DNA of 64,000 bases from assembly GCA_951406725.2 (NCBI GenBank), contig OX597818.1, forward strand, positions 70,494,001 to 70,558,000. Reading direction: 5' to 3'. This document shows, in pieces, positions 11,947 through 25,747 of the stretch. Each line of letters opens with the position of its first letter. Position 1 is the first letter of the stretch. The stretch comes from Octopus vulgaris. Lineage: Eukaryota. Below the pieces are notes generated by a model. It was given only the letters and a program-made list of their open reading frames with translations, was not told the origin of the DNA and ran no database searches. The position numbers and the translations under genes were made by a program.

Positions 11947-13287
11947 TACATACACACACACACACATATAAATGTATTTACATATATATATATATACACA
12001 TATATTGTAGATACATATTATAGATATAGATTATAGACATCATATATATTATGTATTATATACATAGTTAAACACACACCTCATGTATATAGTAGAAGGC
12101 TTCCAACGATTGAAAAGAAAATTTTTAAATCATTAGGTCTGATCCGAATGATTTCTCATTAGGGACCAAGAACAAGAAGCATGAAATGTAGGTTCTGTCT
12201 ATTATTCACAAGAGACAAATCCATATATACACATCCGTATGTAAATACATACACAAAGCCATTGTAGAAATAAAACAAACATGGCACAGGTGGCACATGT
12301 GTGTATATGTAGATGTGCATACATGCAGCCACTGAAGAAGTAAGATCCTCCTCCTCCTCATCATCATCATCAGATCATCATCATCATCGATGTATATATA
12401 TATATTCACGAGTGGACAAATGAAAGACAGTGGCACCCAACATATTCTGAGGGAGTTATATATATTAGTTAATAACAGTTTGAATCAGCTCCCTGCAACT
12501 TGAAGTTTCCTAGGCTCATCAAATGAACCTAACTCATCAGGCCCATAGAACTGAATGGAGTACATGATGGCTTCTGGGTATTGGGTTGATGTTGGTCAAC
12601 ACAGATCACATGCCATTATTAAGCTGGTATTGATAACAAATTCCAGGACCACTGAGACAGGGATGTTGGTGGAAACACATTATCTAGAGAGATAAGGGGA
12701 AATTACATGGGTGAATTATAAAAATAGTTAGGCTACCCACACACAATTTACATACAACAGCCCTTGTATCCCCAACTCTTATACACACAATGCACAGAAA
12801 ATAACACAATTGGGTCTTGCATATATATATTATGTAGAGTACTGCCAGGAGTTTTCACAACTTATATGCAAGTAAAAACTGACAACCAGTCTCTGTTTAG
12901 GAACTTTTTGAAATTCAGAAGATAGAAAACTGCAGGATACATAGAAGTGTTTAATCCAGGACTATAGAGTATCTAGATGAGGAGGAGGAGAAGGTGGAGG
13001 TGGTGAGGGGGAGGGTGTATGTGTGTGATAACAGGACACATGAAGATAAACACAATAAGAAGAACAAGAAGAAAAAAAGGAAAGTGGATGGATTGCAATG
13101 CAACATTTGGAGAGAAGAGTCAATAACTGCAGGAGTGCAGAGGAGGAAGGAATCTCAGCAGAATATGGAGGGCGGGGGGGAACTAAGCAAAGAAGTATTC
13201 AGAGTCAATAAAGAAAGAAAAGAATAAAAGAAAGTTTAAATTATTATAAGGAAGGGGGAAGAGGAGGAGGAGGAGGAGATGAGATAT

Positions 13288-13342
13288 TGAAGAAGAAGAA
13301 GAAGAAGAAGAAGAAGAAGAAGAAGAAGAAGAAGAAGAAGAA
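13288..13342. repeat. (GAA)n microsatellite
   Basis: Seen directly. Confidence 0.95.
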
Positions 13343-13380
13343 GGAAGTATGAGTGTTTAAACATTGAGAACAAGAACATC

Positions 13381-13414
<34 letters not shown>

Positions 13415-13751
13415 CAGCAAAAACAACATTACACAAATACTGTGTGTGTGTATATATATTTATATACACACAATTACCACCAACAACAGTATATACATAT
13501 AACAGCAAGAATATATATTGGCCGACTTTCAAACATACAAATCAAAATGCAACTCACCAAAAGGAAGCTTATTAGGAGTGTGTGTGTGTGTGTTACATAT
13601 GGAACAAAGTAACAAGAATTGTGTGTGTGTGTGTGCGTGCGTGAAGGCAAAGCAGTCGTTTTCTTCTAATATACACGTTTGTGTTTGTGTGTACTGTTGT
13701 AGATGTACATGTAGGTATCTTGGACTATTTGTGTATGTGTGTATACACATA

Positions 13752-13815
<64 letters not shown>

Positions 13816-13959
13816 TATGCATATGCATATGTTTATGCACACACATACACACACACAGCATGGGGTATTCAGGTTAAGTTTGACAGTTTGCATAAAAAGG
13901 GAGAGAAAAACACAAAATCTCTGCCAAAAATAAATTATTTCAAAAAATGGAAATCTATC

Positions 13960-14694
13960 AAGTGGATTGTGACTGGTAGACAGCAGTTTACTCAAAGTAG
14001 CCACCCTCAGCTCCCACCATCACTTCAAGAGGACTCTAGAACCTGGCATCTATGCATTCCTCACTATGTCTCTGAGAAGACCTTGACCATCCACTGAGCC
14101 TTGGTGTTGCAGGCAGAGCAGTTGGTGTCTTTCTCAAAAGTACCCTGAGTGTCACCCATTGGATTACAAATGGGGGAATTAGAGGTTCAGAAATTGGGGC
14201 TGGTGAAGTCATAGAAATTCTCCAAGAAATTCTAGAGAAATGGCAAGAAGCTGAATTTTATTGCCACATGTGGCCTTCCAGCAGCAACTCTCTCCAGCCA
14301 GGAATTGGACCTCAATCTCCAGCAGCTTCTCACAGCTGTCTGAATTAAGTCTAAGGTCCTTCTAAAAGATGTGAGTATTGAATTCTAATGTGTGGACAGA
14401 GTCAGAATGCATGGTCTCATAGTCTCCAAGTTGAACAGCCTTTACAGTGTATGCAGAGCATTGAACAGCAGTCATGAAGTCAGCATTTTAATAACTGGGG
14501 TGAATCACCTGGATGTGGGCAACTCTTTTCCAGTATGCAGATAGGTTCCAGTCTGCCATGTTGGTGAGCTTTCTCTCATCTGCAACTTTAATCTTTATGC
14601 TCTCCAACGCCAACTGACTGTTCACCAATACATCAACCTGTTCCTGAATAAAGGAGACATAGAATATCATCAAATTTACTCTGAACACCCTGTA
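13960..14694 (-). mobile_element. Highly degenerate Tc1/mariner relic
   Basis: Minus-strand 'NF..P.NSPICNP'-like segment near 14160-14200 and terminal 'ctgaacaccctg|ta' (TA|CAGGGTG TIR); resembles the DD37D copies. Confidence 0.55.
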
Positions 14695-14841
14695 TATGGT
14701 TGAGGGTTGCTGGCAAGAAGTGCAAACAGCTATGGAAAAATAGACATTAAATGACAATGGTGACATTATGTATATGTATGTGTATATATATATATATATC
14801 TTCATCATTATCATCATCCATGCGACTTAAATATATATAGT

Positions 14842-15052
14842 CTTTTCTACTCTAGACACAAGGCCCAAAACTTTTGGGGACGGGGCCAGTTGATTAGATC
14901 GACCCCAGTATGAAACTGGTACTCAATTTATTGACCCCAAACGGAAGAAAGGCTAAGTCAACCTCGGAATTTGAACTCAGAACATAAAGACAGACAAAAT
15001 ACTGCCAAGCATTTCGCCCGGTGTGCTAACATTTCTGCCAGATCACTGCCTT
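14842..15052 (-). mobile_element. SINE family A
   Basis: Reverse complement of the 31075 and 51441 copies. Confidence 0.8.
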
Positions 15053-15067
15053 CTTAAATATATATAT

Positions 15068-15388
15068 TGATCATCTCTAAAAGGATATTCACCCCTAAAA
15101 AAATTACAATATCGGATAAATATCGGAGGAAATCAATACTGAAATTATACTGAATAAAATATATTATACATGCAAACATTGTACAAATTTCAAGCACAAA
15201 ACAATAAACATTTTCAACGATATGAATGAAATATTAATTTTCAAATGTTACAAAAATATGTACACCCCTCAGAATTATTTGCTATATTCAATATTTGGTG
15301 TGGCCGCCCTTGTGTTCAATCACTGCATTGAAGTAATGGTAATTTTACTGAAATTTTTAAGGGTGTACATACTTTTGTGAGATACTGC
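15068..15388. mobile_element. Tc1-type MITE / deletion derivative
   Basis: Right end 'agggtgtacatacttttgtgagatactg' pairs with left 'atctctaaaaggatattcacccct'; internal repeat 'acaaaaatatgtacacccct' gives an IR/DR-like layout. Confidence 0.55.
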
Positions 15389-15403
15389 ATATATATATTT
15401 ATA

Positions 15404-15985
15404 TCATCATCATCGTTTAACATCCACTTTCCATTCTGGCATGGGTTGGACGGTTTGCTGAGGACTGGTGAGCCAGAGGCTGCACCATGCTTCAATCTGA
15501 TCTTGCAGAGTTTCTACAGCTGGATGCCCTTCCTAATGCCAACCACTCCGAGAGTGTAGTGGGTGCTTTTACATGCCACCAGCATGAGGGCCAGTCAGGT
15601 GGTATCGCAACCGTCACACTCAAATGGTGTTTTTTACGTGCCACCTGCACAAGAGCCAGTCCAGCGGCACTGTCAATGACCTCACTCAAATGTTTTTCAT
15701 GTGCCACTGGTACAAGTGCCAGTAAGGTGACTCAGGTAATGATCACACTCAAATGGTGCTTTTTATGTGCCACCAGCACAGAAGCCAGTCAGCGGCTCTG
15801 GCAACGAATATGCTCCACTAGCATGGATGCCAGTCATCGAATTTGATTTCGATTTCCCTTGCCTCAACAGGTCTTTGCAAGCAGAGTTTATTGTCCAGTG
15901 AAGGAAAGGTATGCATAATTGGGCTCGTTACACCACTGGCATAGGCCACGGTTTATGGTCTCACTTGGCTTGTTGGGTCTTCTTA
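15404..15985 (-). mobile_element. RTE LINE 3'UTR fragment with ~60 bp tandem units
   Basis: (GAT)n tail, 'ctggatgcccttcctaatgccaacc' and repeated 'ggtgctttttacgtgccac' units, as in 54061-54650. Confidence 0.85.
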
Positions 15986-16169
15986 CCACATATATATGTA
16001 TACATATATATGTGTGTGTGTGTATAATTATATATGCATATATCTATACATATATATACATATACATACGTATACATATATGTATATGTGTGTGCATGTG
16101 TGAATGTATGTGTATATGTGTTCATATATATCTATGAATATATATATTTATAATAATTTTATAAACGCA

Positions 16170-16635
16170 GGCGCAGGAGTTTCTGTGTGGTAAGTAGCTT
16201 GCTTACCAACCACATGTTTCCAGGTTCAGTCCCACTGCATGGCACCTTGGGCAAGTGTTTTCTACTATAGCCTCGGGCCAACCAAAGCCTTGTGAGTGGA
16301 TTTGGTAGACAGAAACTGAAAGATTCCCATCGTATATATGTGTATATATATCTATGTGTGTGTGTGTGTGTATGCATATATATATATGTGTGTATGTATA
16401 TACATGTATGTATGTGTGTGTATATGTTTGTGTGTCTGTGTTTGTCCTCCAACATCGCTTGATAACTGATGCTGGTGTTTTTGCATCCCTTTAACTTAGC
16501 AGTTCATCAAAAGAGACCAATAGAATAAATATAAGGCTTACAAAGAATAAGTGCTGGGGTCGATTTGCCCAACTAAAGGCGGTGCTCCAGCATGGCCACA
16601 GTCAAATGCCTGAAACAAGTAAAAGAGTAAAGAGT
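16170..16635 (+). mobile_element. tRNA-derived SINE family B with internal (TA/TG)n
   Basis: tRNA-like head (tgtggtaagtagc...ggttcagtccc), 'gcaccttgggcaagtg' core, internal microsatellite and tail 'ggtgctccagcatggccacagtcaaatg'. Second full copy at 46508. Confidence 0.85.
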
Positions 16636-17027
16636 ATTCAAGACAATGTGAAATACTTCTTTTCTGGAACATTGGCTCTCAAGTCACAGCACATAAAGCT
16701 ATAAATAATAGCATGTAAGTATTGGGTTGGAAAGCTGTTTTGGATAGGAAAAGTCCAAGGTTGTGCATGGGGTCCCAGGGGCAGACTTCAAGATTTTCAA
16801 TCCAATTTACATGCCTTATTATCTATATCTTTGTTTGAGGTGCTTCAAGAGCCAATGATCTAAAATATATTATATATATGTGTGTGTATGTATGTCATTG
16901 TTCAGTTTTATTTCAAGACTTTTTGTCTATAGAGAAAGAGCCAGTTTCTAACCTAGACCCAAGGCTCCTTCATAGGGATTCCAACATCAACAACAGGGTA
17001 TTTTTGTTTGTATGTGTGTCTGTGTAC

Positions 17028-17029
<2 letters not shown>

Positions 17030-17060
<31 letters not shown>

Positions 17061-17127
17061 TGTATGTATGTATGTATACATATATGTATGTATGTATGTA
17101 TGAATGTATGTATGTATGTATGTATAC

Positions 17128-17160
<33 letters not shown>

Positions 17161-17426
17161 TGAATGTATATATGCATGTATGCAAATTTGTATGTTTTGC
17201 TTTATGTATGTATTCTCATGCTTATAGTTGCATACCTAGACATGCTCATATATATATTTAAATGATAAACTGGAAATTTTTACAGATTTTTACAGTTCCA
17301 GTGATGGATTGGATCTGTAGTCTTCGAATTAGCTTTCTCCTTTCAGGTTTTGAGAAGTCTAATTTCTCAAGATTGGTATTTAGGCAGTGTGTTACATATG
17401 CATGCATGTATGTATGTATGTATGTA

Positions 17427-17461
<35 letters not shown>

Positions 17462-17560
17462 ATGTATGTATGTATGTATGTATGTATGTATGTATGTATG
17501 TATGTATGTATGTATGTATGTATGCATGCATGCATGCATGCATGTATGTATGTATGCATT
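17030..17560. repeat. (TATG)n microsatellite blocks
   Basis: Two tracts seen directly (about 17030-17180 and 17400-17555). Confidence 0.9.
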
Positions 17561-17899
17561 GTTCATACAGTATTATAAATTCAAGTGATGTACATGCAAG
17601 GCAAACAATTTGATCTCGGAGTCTGTGTTGAAGCAAAAACAATTGTAGCATGAAAGACGTGTTAGCCATTCAAAAAACAATGCAGTCACTGTCAAGGTTA
17701 CACTGCATCAGATTATAAATTTAGTTTCATAACAGCTGATTCATGTTACTGAATGGTTTCACATTAAAGAAACTTTTATGTGTTGGTAAGTAAAACAGCA
17801 TCAAAACATAGCTACATAGTAAACATCCTATCTAGTTTTTAAGTCTGAGGTATTGTAAAGCACTTGAATGTATGTATATATGCGTATGTGTGAGTGCTG

Positions 17900-18260
17900 G
17901 ATGAGAGGTATAGAATTTTTCTTTTATGATGAGAGGACTTTCAGGCAAGAACCTGTCCTTATTACTGGGATGGGACTAGCCAGATAATTAAAATATATTT
18001 CTGATTGTGTGGACAAGTGGAGAGTATTTCGCTTTTAGAGTTCTAAGCACTTGGTCATATGGAATTCTTCAATATAATCCTTTCTGCCACTAAACAAAGT
18101 CTGCATCTCCTACAACTGCTGAGGTAACGTCTACACCAGTAAACACCAGTTGATGTAATATTGTGTAGAGTTTCCTTTCAATATTCATATATGTCTCACA
18201 TATGTCATGATGCTACAACTCACGTGAATTTTAAAAGAGGGCTTGTGATTGTAAATCATA
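17900..18260 (-). pseudogene. Penelope-like element ORF C-terminal relic (after the GIY-YIG domain)
   Basis: Minus frame ~18111-17989 reads RRCRLCLVAERIILKNSI*PSA*NSKSEILSTCPHNQKYIL, matching the PLE C-terminal pattern CxLCLxE...LNxxxExxSxCxHxxK. Confidence 0.6.
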
Positions 18261-18304
18261 CATACATACAAACACATATATATATGTATATATATGTATT
18301 TGTA

Positions 18305-18338
<34 letters not shown>

Positions 18339-18436
18339 CATACATACATACATATACACATACAAAACATAAATATATATATATATACATATTTACAAAT
18401 AAATACATATGTATATATATTATATGATGATGATGA

Positions 18437-18480
<44 letters not shown>

Positions 18481-18736
18481 TTATATATATGTATATATTT
18501 ATATATATACACATATATATATATATATATATATGCATATATATATGTACATATATACATATATATATATATATTTATACGGTTATATTCACAGAAATTC
18601 ATATATTTATATTTTCGTGTAAATAAATTGACTTACACTTATATGTGTATACACATATATAATGTTTACATATGCATGTGTATAAACATATATATAAATG
18701 TATGTATATATGTATGCCTATATGAATATTTATTTG

Positions 18737-18779
<43 letters not shown>

Positions 18780-19350
18780 GTAACCTACTCACTGACACAC
18801 ATATTCACACATGTAAAGAGACCTGTGTAGGCACACAGCCTGCCCGTACACAGTCATATAAATGCACCCATGTGTGTCTACTAGCACACACATATTTGTG
18901 TGTGTGTCTGCACGTATTTGAACAGATGCCTGTGCACATATATATGTGCATGCAACTACATACATACATACATGTATGTATATATATATGCACACACACA
19001 CATATCCACTCACATATACAACCCCTTTCCTTTCACATTTTGTTCCCCTCTCCCTCAACTTTTTCCTTAACACCCTTCTCCCCCTTCTTCCCACCCTTCC
19101 CCACCTATATCCAAATTGGCTCCTAAAGGAACAGGCAACAATTACAATGCAGGTAGGTTAGTTGGTGGAGAGCCGAAATCAATAAAACTCTTCACAAAAA
19201 TTATTCTCTTCCAACCGACATTTTGTATCGAAGAGATTTTTTCTGGTCAATTTTTTTTTATATTTTTCAACCATTTTATATATTTTTGAGTTTAGGCTTT
19301 CTACTATATACACATACATATATACATACATATGTGTGTGTGTTTGTGTA

Positions 19351-19395
<45 letters not shown>

Positions 19396-20091
19396 ATAAT
19401 TTTTTTTCGATTTTGCTCTATATTTCTTTTTAGTATATTTTATTTATACTTTTTTGATATGTTTTCCTGTTCACTTCACGAAAGGCTAAAAAATTATCAA
19501 TCAGTTTGTTGTTTGCTTCTATAGCAACTTGCTCTTTCAGACAGATGTTTATTTTCGATCTCTCTCTCTCTCTCTTGCCGTGTGTGTATGTGTGTGTGAG
19601 TGTGTGTGTGTGTGTATGTGTGTATACACATATATACACACACACATACTGAAATAGTCAAATGTACATATACCTATGCAGATGTGTATATTCGTATATG
19701 TGGGTATGTGTTTGCACACTCACACCCATATATTCACATACACACACACACACCAACACATAAATATCATCATCATGCACATGTACACATTTTTATGTTT
19801 GTATCTATGTATGTGTTATACATACATACACATACGTATACACACAAACGCACTCATATGCATACACATAGACATACAGCTACATGTACAAATAAATATT
19901 TATAGACATACAGATACATTCGCAAGAACAGAAAGTAAGATAAGCTAAAAACAAAAACAATGATGAGTGAACGAAAAAATCTGACTTCAACTTTAGAGTT
20001 TACATACACACACACACATATACGCACACACATACATACACACACATATGCGCAAGCACACACATACACGCACACACACACATACACATGC

Positions 20092-20125
<34 letters not shown>

Positions 20126-23100
20126 GTACATGTTTGTGTGTAAAAGAAAAATAGATGGAGGAGAGAAGAAATGTTTGTGTTCATGTACTTATGCACTCAT
20201 AAGTGCGTGTGTGCACACACACAACACACAACACACAACACACAACACACAACACACACACACGTTCATACCACTGTTGTTGACATCAGTTATTTTCTGA
20301 AGAAAATGAATCTTATTCCAAAGCCGACAACAAGACGGAACAAATAGAAAACTGCTCTCCATTGCAGTAAAACTTCTCTTGTAAATGTTTTATGATTGGT
20401 TACCAGCACCAACTCATTTGGAACAAGAGATTTGTTCCAAATCGAAGCTGCTTTCTTTGTGAAGTAGAAAACCCATCCAAAAGAACAGTAACTAATTATA
20501 TAACAGGGACCTGTATTTCCATATATGGACATTGAAGAACAACAAGGAAACAAAATTTCTAATAATGATGTTTTAGTTGGTGCCAAGAATCCCATTGCAT
20601 ATTCCATCTGTTAGGATTTCATTGGTCTGTCAGTGGTTCAGTGTGTTGATAAAACTTGTTTGTTGGGTGGTGAGTGTTGTGAATGATTGTCAGAGTGAAA
20701 GAAGTTTTAATAACAAAAGTAAAATGTATACATTCAGCATTTCCTTAAAGGCATCAGTATGGTAATGCCTTTAAGATAAAATGGTTTACTGTTCCTTTAG
20801 TTTCTTTCCTCTTCATTTAAGTATTACCAGTTAACTTTTATATATATATATATATATATTTGGTCATCCAAGGTCAGCATAATGCACATTGTTCTTGTGT
20901 TGGACTCATTGCCATACCTTAGCATTCCTACACTTTGCTACCTTCAACCAAATCACAAAACATCTTTGTAGTTGCTCATACTGCTAAATATAGCAACCAA
21001 ATTTCTTGTAAATCACAACCATACTAAGTGGGTAAGCATTACATAATTTGCTTCCAAAAACTGGATAGTCATAACTAGAACATCTTTGATCATAGGTCTG
21101 CTCAATCATTTCTGGCCAAGGGCTAAACAACAACAGCACTAACATTCTGTTACGTTGTACTTGAGCAAGAAATCAATACATCAACAGCGTGTGGTTCACT
21201 CATACTGTCATCAATGTACATATTATATGTCAAATTGTTTTCCTCGTTACCTTCTCATCGATCGACTCATCGCTATTCACTCAGACTTGTTTATTATTTC
21301 CTTTCCCCTGACAATGAATAAAACCAAAAAAATACCTTCACACTATATTATCATATTTAGTAAATCTCCGTCACAAACACTCGCAACAAAATTAGATAAG
21401 TAAATAAATAAATAGATTCAAAGTTGTTGCAATAATCTTTGAATAAACAGTTTCTATCATCTGACAGGACAGACCTGAAATTTTTCCAGCAAATATTTTA
21501 ATTTTCGCTTCTTATTCTTCTTTACTATTTTCATTATTATTATCATTATTATTATTAATATTATTACTATTATTATTATTATTAATATCATCATTATCAT
21601 TATTATTATTAATATTATTACTATTATTATTATTAATTTTACAACATTTCTTCCAGCCACTTATAAAAAAAAATTATTTTTACTTATTTAACTTTATTTA
21701 ATTTTTGCTCCTGGAAACTTTTTTGTTTTTTACTTTCTGTTTTTTTTTTTCATTTTTCCATTTTAGTTTTCAATTTTTACTTCTACCAACTCAACATTAT
21801 TACAGTTGCCATCGTGAATTTTTTTTTCTATGAGATACCTTGCAGAGTATGATGTCATAATAGAACATAGTTAAGGTTTCACACAGTTTCTCTTCTTCAA
21901 TGTTCCTTTTTGGGGAGATTTAGTGTATTTTGGGGTGTTTTTTCTGTTTACATCTATATTTCTAGTTTTTCTTTCTCAGTTCATTTTGTTTTAAATTTCT
22001 TCTTAATCTATTTTATTTGTGTATTTATTTAATTATTTAATTTGGCTTCAAGGTGGAAATAAAACTGATTTGAATTCTTGAATTTTTCTAAATTATAATT
22101 TTTGTTTATTTCTCTTTTTAGCCTTGACAAAACTTACTGAAACATTATTGTAATAATCACACAAGCATACACACACTTAGATACATATGCAGACATACAT
22201 TTATGTACACACATACACAAATGCACACACACACATACAAGCTTTACACTACATCCATAGACTTTCATTCTAAAATCATTAGTGTTTTTATGAAAGAATT
22301 CTGGACATATTTAACCAGTAAACATCTTGTAGCTGCTTCAGTATAGCTCCACTAAGCCACCCCTCCACCTCTGCCTTTCTCTCACAATATCTATTCATCT
22401 CTATATCTATCTATATCTATCTCTTTATCTTTATCTGTCTGTCTATGTGCTTGTCTATCGATTTATATCTATCTCTCTCTCTCTAGCCATACACATCTAC
22501 CTACTTATCTACATGTCTATATCTCTCTCTTTCTTTCTATCTATTTATCAAGGTAACAAGCAAGCTTTCACCCCCTCTGCCATTCTTTTATATTTCTGAA
22601 TTATTTAGATCAATGGAATAACAGAATACTGGTTCTATATTTAGAACACATGGTGATGTTCCAATCCAGCTGAGTTGTTCTTTTTCTCCTTCTTTGACTA
22701 CTGCAAGACTCTCAGACTCATTGCCAGTGTAAACCAATAAATTACATACTGACGTTCAGAGTGATCAGCTGAACCACATCGGCATTTGTTTAAGGATATC
22801 CCTGGCATATCAGCATTTTGGCCAAGCATCAGAGGATTTTACCTGTCTAGCAACAGTAAATGGGATTTGAACTCAGTTTGTACTGAGCCAAAGCAGATAT
22901 GAGCATTTTCCCCAATGCTGTAACATCAATCCACATCCCTGGACGGGTCAATCTTTCTGCATTTCAAATGGATGAATGATCAAGTTGACCGAAATAGGAT
23001 TTGATCACACGGTGCTTAAAACCACAGCAAATACCACAATATGTTCTAGCCACTATTCTAACTAATGTTGCCAATTCAGTAGATATACATATGTGTGTGT

Positions 23101-23363
23101 GTGTGTGTGTGTACATATAGATACATAAATGTATATAGATATATCCATGTATGTATATATTTGTGTGTGTGTATTTATATATCAATAATATATATATACA
23201 TTCATATATATATATGTGTATATAAATACATATATGTGCATATATAGATATAGAGAGATAGACATACAGACACAGATACATATATAGATATTTCTGAAAT
23301 GCATAAGATTATTTAAAAATAAATATGAGAACAATAATATTTCTAAGAAATAGTATAGTACCC

Positions 23364-23413
<50 letters not shown>

Positions 23414-23420
<7 letters not shown>

Positions 23421-23718
23421 CAAAAATGAATAGAGATGGATTTTGGGGGATAATTTTTATTTTAATAATAATGTTGTTTACAATGAGTGACTGTGGTATG
23501 TGTTTCAAGGTTCAAATAGCCGTTTTCAAACTGAAAAATATATGTTTTACTGGTTGCTTAAATAGGCCATTAAAGCAACCAGTAAAAAATATATTTTTCA
23601 GTTTGAAAACGGCTATTTGAACCTTGAAACATATACCACAGTCACTCATTGTAAACAACATTATTATTAAAATAAAAATTATCCCCCAAAATCCATCTCT
23701 ATTCATTTTTGCAAATAT
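23414..23718. repeat. ~305 bp near-perfect palindrome next to (TA)n
   Basis: Arms of ~146 bp (atatttgcaaaaatgaatagag... / ...ctctattcatttttgcaaatat) with a ~13 nt centre; the mirror-image ORFs 23366+ and 23512- confirm the symmetry. Confidence 0.95.
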
Positions 23719-23732
23719 GTGCTTAAAAAGTA

Positions 23733-24690
23733 GTTTTTGTATGTGGCAGATGCTCAGGAGCAATAAACACTGAAAATGCGCAGACCAACTTCCACCACAT
23801 TCCAGGGAGACAAACTAGAAATAGATGATAGTTTCCGTTACCTAGGTGACCAAGTCAGTAGTGGGGGCGGGTGTGTTGAAAGTGTAACTGCTAGAGTAAG
23901 AATAGCCTGGGCAAAGTTCAGAGAGCTCTTACCTCTGCTAGGGACAAAAGGCCTCTCGCTCAGAGTAAAAGCAGACTGTATGACGCATGTGTACGAACAG
24001 CCATACTACATGGCAGTGAAACATGGGCCGTGACTGCTGAGGATATGCGTAAGCTTGCAAGAAATGAAGCCAGTATGCTCTGATGGATGTGTAATGTCAG
24101 TGTTCTTACTCAACAGAGTATAAGTACCTTGAGAGAAAAGTTGGACCTAAGAAGCATCAGTTGTGGTGTGCCAGAGAGGCGTTTGCGCTGGTATGGTCAT
24201 GTGATGAGAATAGATGAAGATAGTTGTGTGAAAAAGTGCCACACCCTAGTGGTTGAGGGAACCTGTGGAGGAGGTAGACCCAGGAAAACATGGGACGAGG
24301 TGGTGAAGCACGACCTTCGAACTTTAGGTCTCACCGAGGAAATGAATAGACACCGAGACCTTTAGAAGTATGCTGTGCGTAAAGACCTGGCAGGACAAGT
24401 GAGGCCATAACCCATGGCCTCAGTCCACTTTATGCATACCTTTCCTTCTTGGGACACAAAATTCTACTTGTGAAGACCTGATGAGGCAAGTGAAAAACAA
24501 AAACAAAATCAAAATCAAAATCGATCAACATCAATGGAAATCGTAGCTGTGATACCAGTGCTGGTGGCACATAAGAGAACCATCCGAATGTGGCCATTGC
24601 CAGTGCCACTCCGACTGCCTCCGTGCCAGTGGCACATAAAAAGCACCATCCGATCGTGGCTGTTGCATGTAAAACACACCATCCAATTTG
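23733..24690 (+). mobile_element. RTE LINE family A fragment (ORF C-terminus + partial 3'UTR)
   Basis: FRYLGDQ..., RRLRWYGHV, GRPRKTW; high identity to 54500-55330; frameshifts and stops present. Confidence 0.92.
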
Positions 24691-25747
24691 CTGCCAATTC
24701 AAAGGTTTCCCAATCTATTATTCATGACCTCCTTTATGCAGATGACTGTGACTTAGTCACTCATACAGTGGATGACATGCAAATACTCATGAATTGCATT
24801 TCTGCTTCTTGCAGGGCATTTGGACTCAGCATTAGCCTAGACAAGACTGTTGTAATGTTCCAGCCTGCACCAGGAAATCTATATATAGAACCAGCTATCT
24901 TGGTTGAAGGAACAATTCTGAAGGTAGTAGACAAGTTTGTCTACCTGGGCAGCACACTCAGCCATTCTTGCTCCCTGGATGAGGAAATATCTTTCAGGTT
25001 GCAGAGAGCAACTGATTCCTTCCAGTCTCGTGTCTGGTCCCAACATGGTATCGCAAGGAGAACAAAAGTTGCTGTGTACCGTGCTTGTGTACTGACATCG
25101 CTTCTCTACTCATGTGAGACATGGACTCTCTTCAAACATCAGGTAAGGGTCCTTGAACGTTTTCATCAGAGATGTCTCAGACACATTCTCAATGTTGGCT
25201 GGACCTCAAAAATTTCAGACACACAGATCCTGAGGACAGCTGATATCTTGAGTATTGAGGCGATGGTGCATAAGCACCGGTTGCATTGGATTGGACACCT
25301 TATTAGAATGAAGGATAGAAGGATTCCTAAGCAGATGCTCTATGGAGAACTTGAGAATGGAAGGAGACTCTGACAGAAACCAAGGCTGCGATTTAAGGAC
25401 TGTGTCAAGTCCTCATTAAAGGCCTGTGATATGCAGGACACTGACTAGGAGAACAATGCCTGTCATCGCCACAGATGGAGGAAGCAGGTTAAGGAGGGGA
25501 TCGACACTTTTGAGAGAGCACGTATCCAGCATGAAGAACTTAAGCGAGCTAGACAAAAGCGCACGGCTTGTATAGTGAATGAGGAAAGCTTGGTCTGCAA
25601 TGTTTGCAGTCGTGTATGCTTGTCAAGAGCAGGGCTCATTAGCCACCAATGAAGCCGCAAATGCAAAATATAAGTTAGTCCTAGAGCGCACAATGTTCCT
25701 GAAGGTTGGCAATGGTCTTCCTCAGTCACGAGTGGACGTCCATCATC

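Noticed and set aside
20290-20607. 105 aa minus-strand ORF in unique sequence, and a nearby ATGTCAACAACAGTG|gtatga micro-exon idea
   Set aside because: No recognisable domain, and the splice phase is inconsistent with the other exon candidates; cannot be supported without RNA data.
23366-23763. Two near-identical ORFs on opposite strands
   Set aside because: A trivial consequence of the palindrome.
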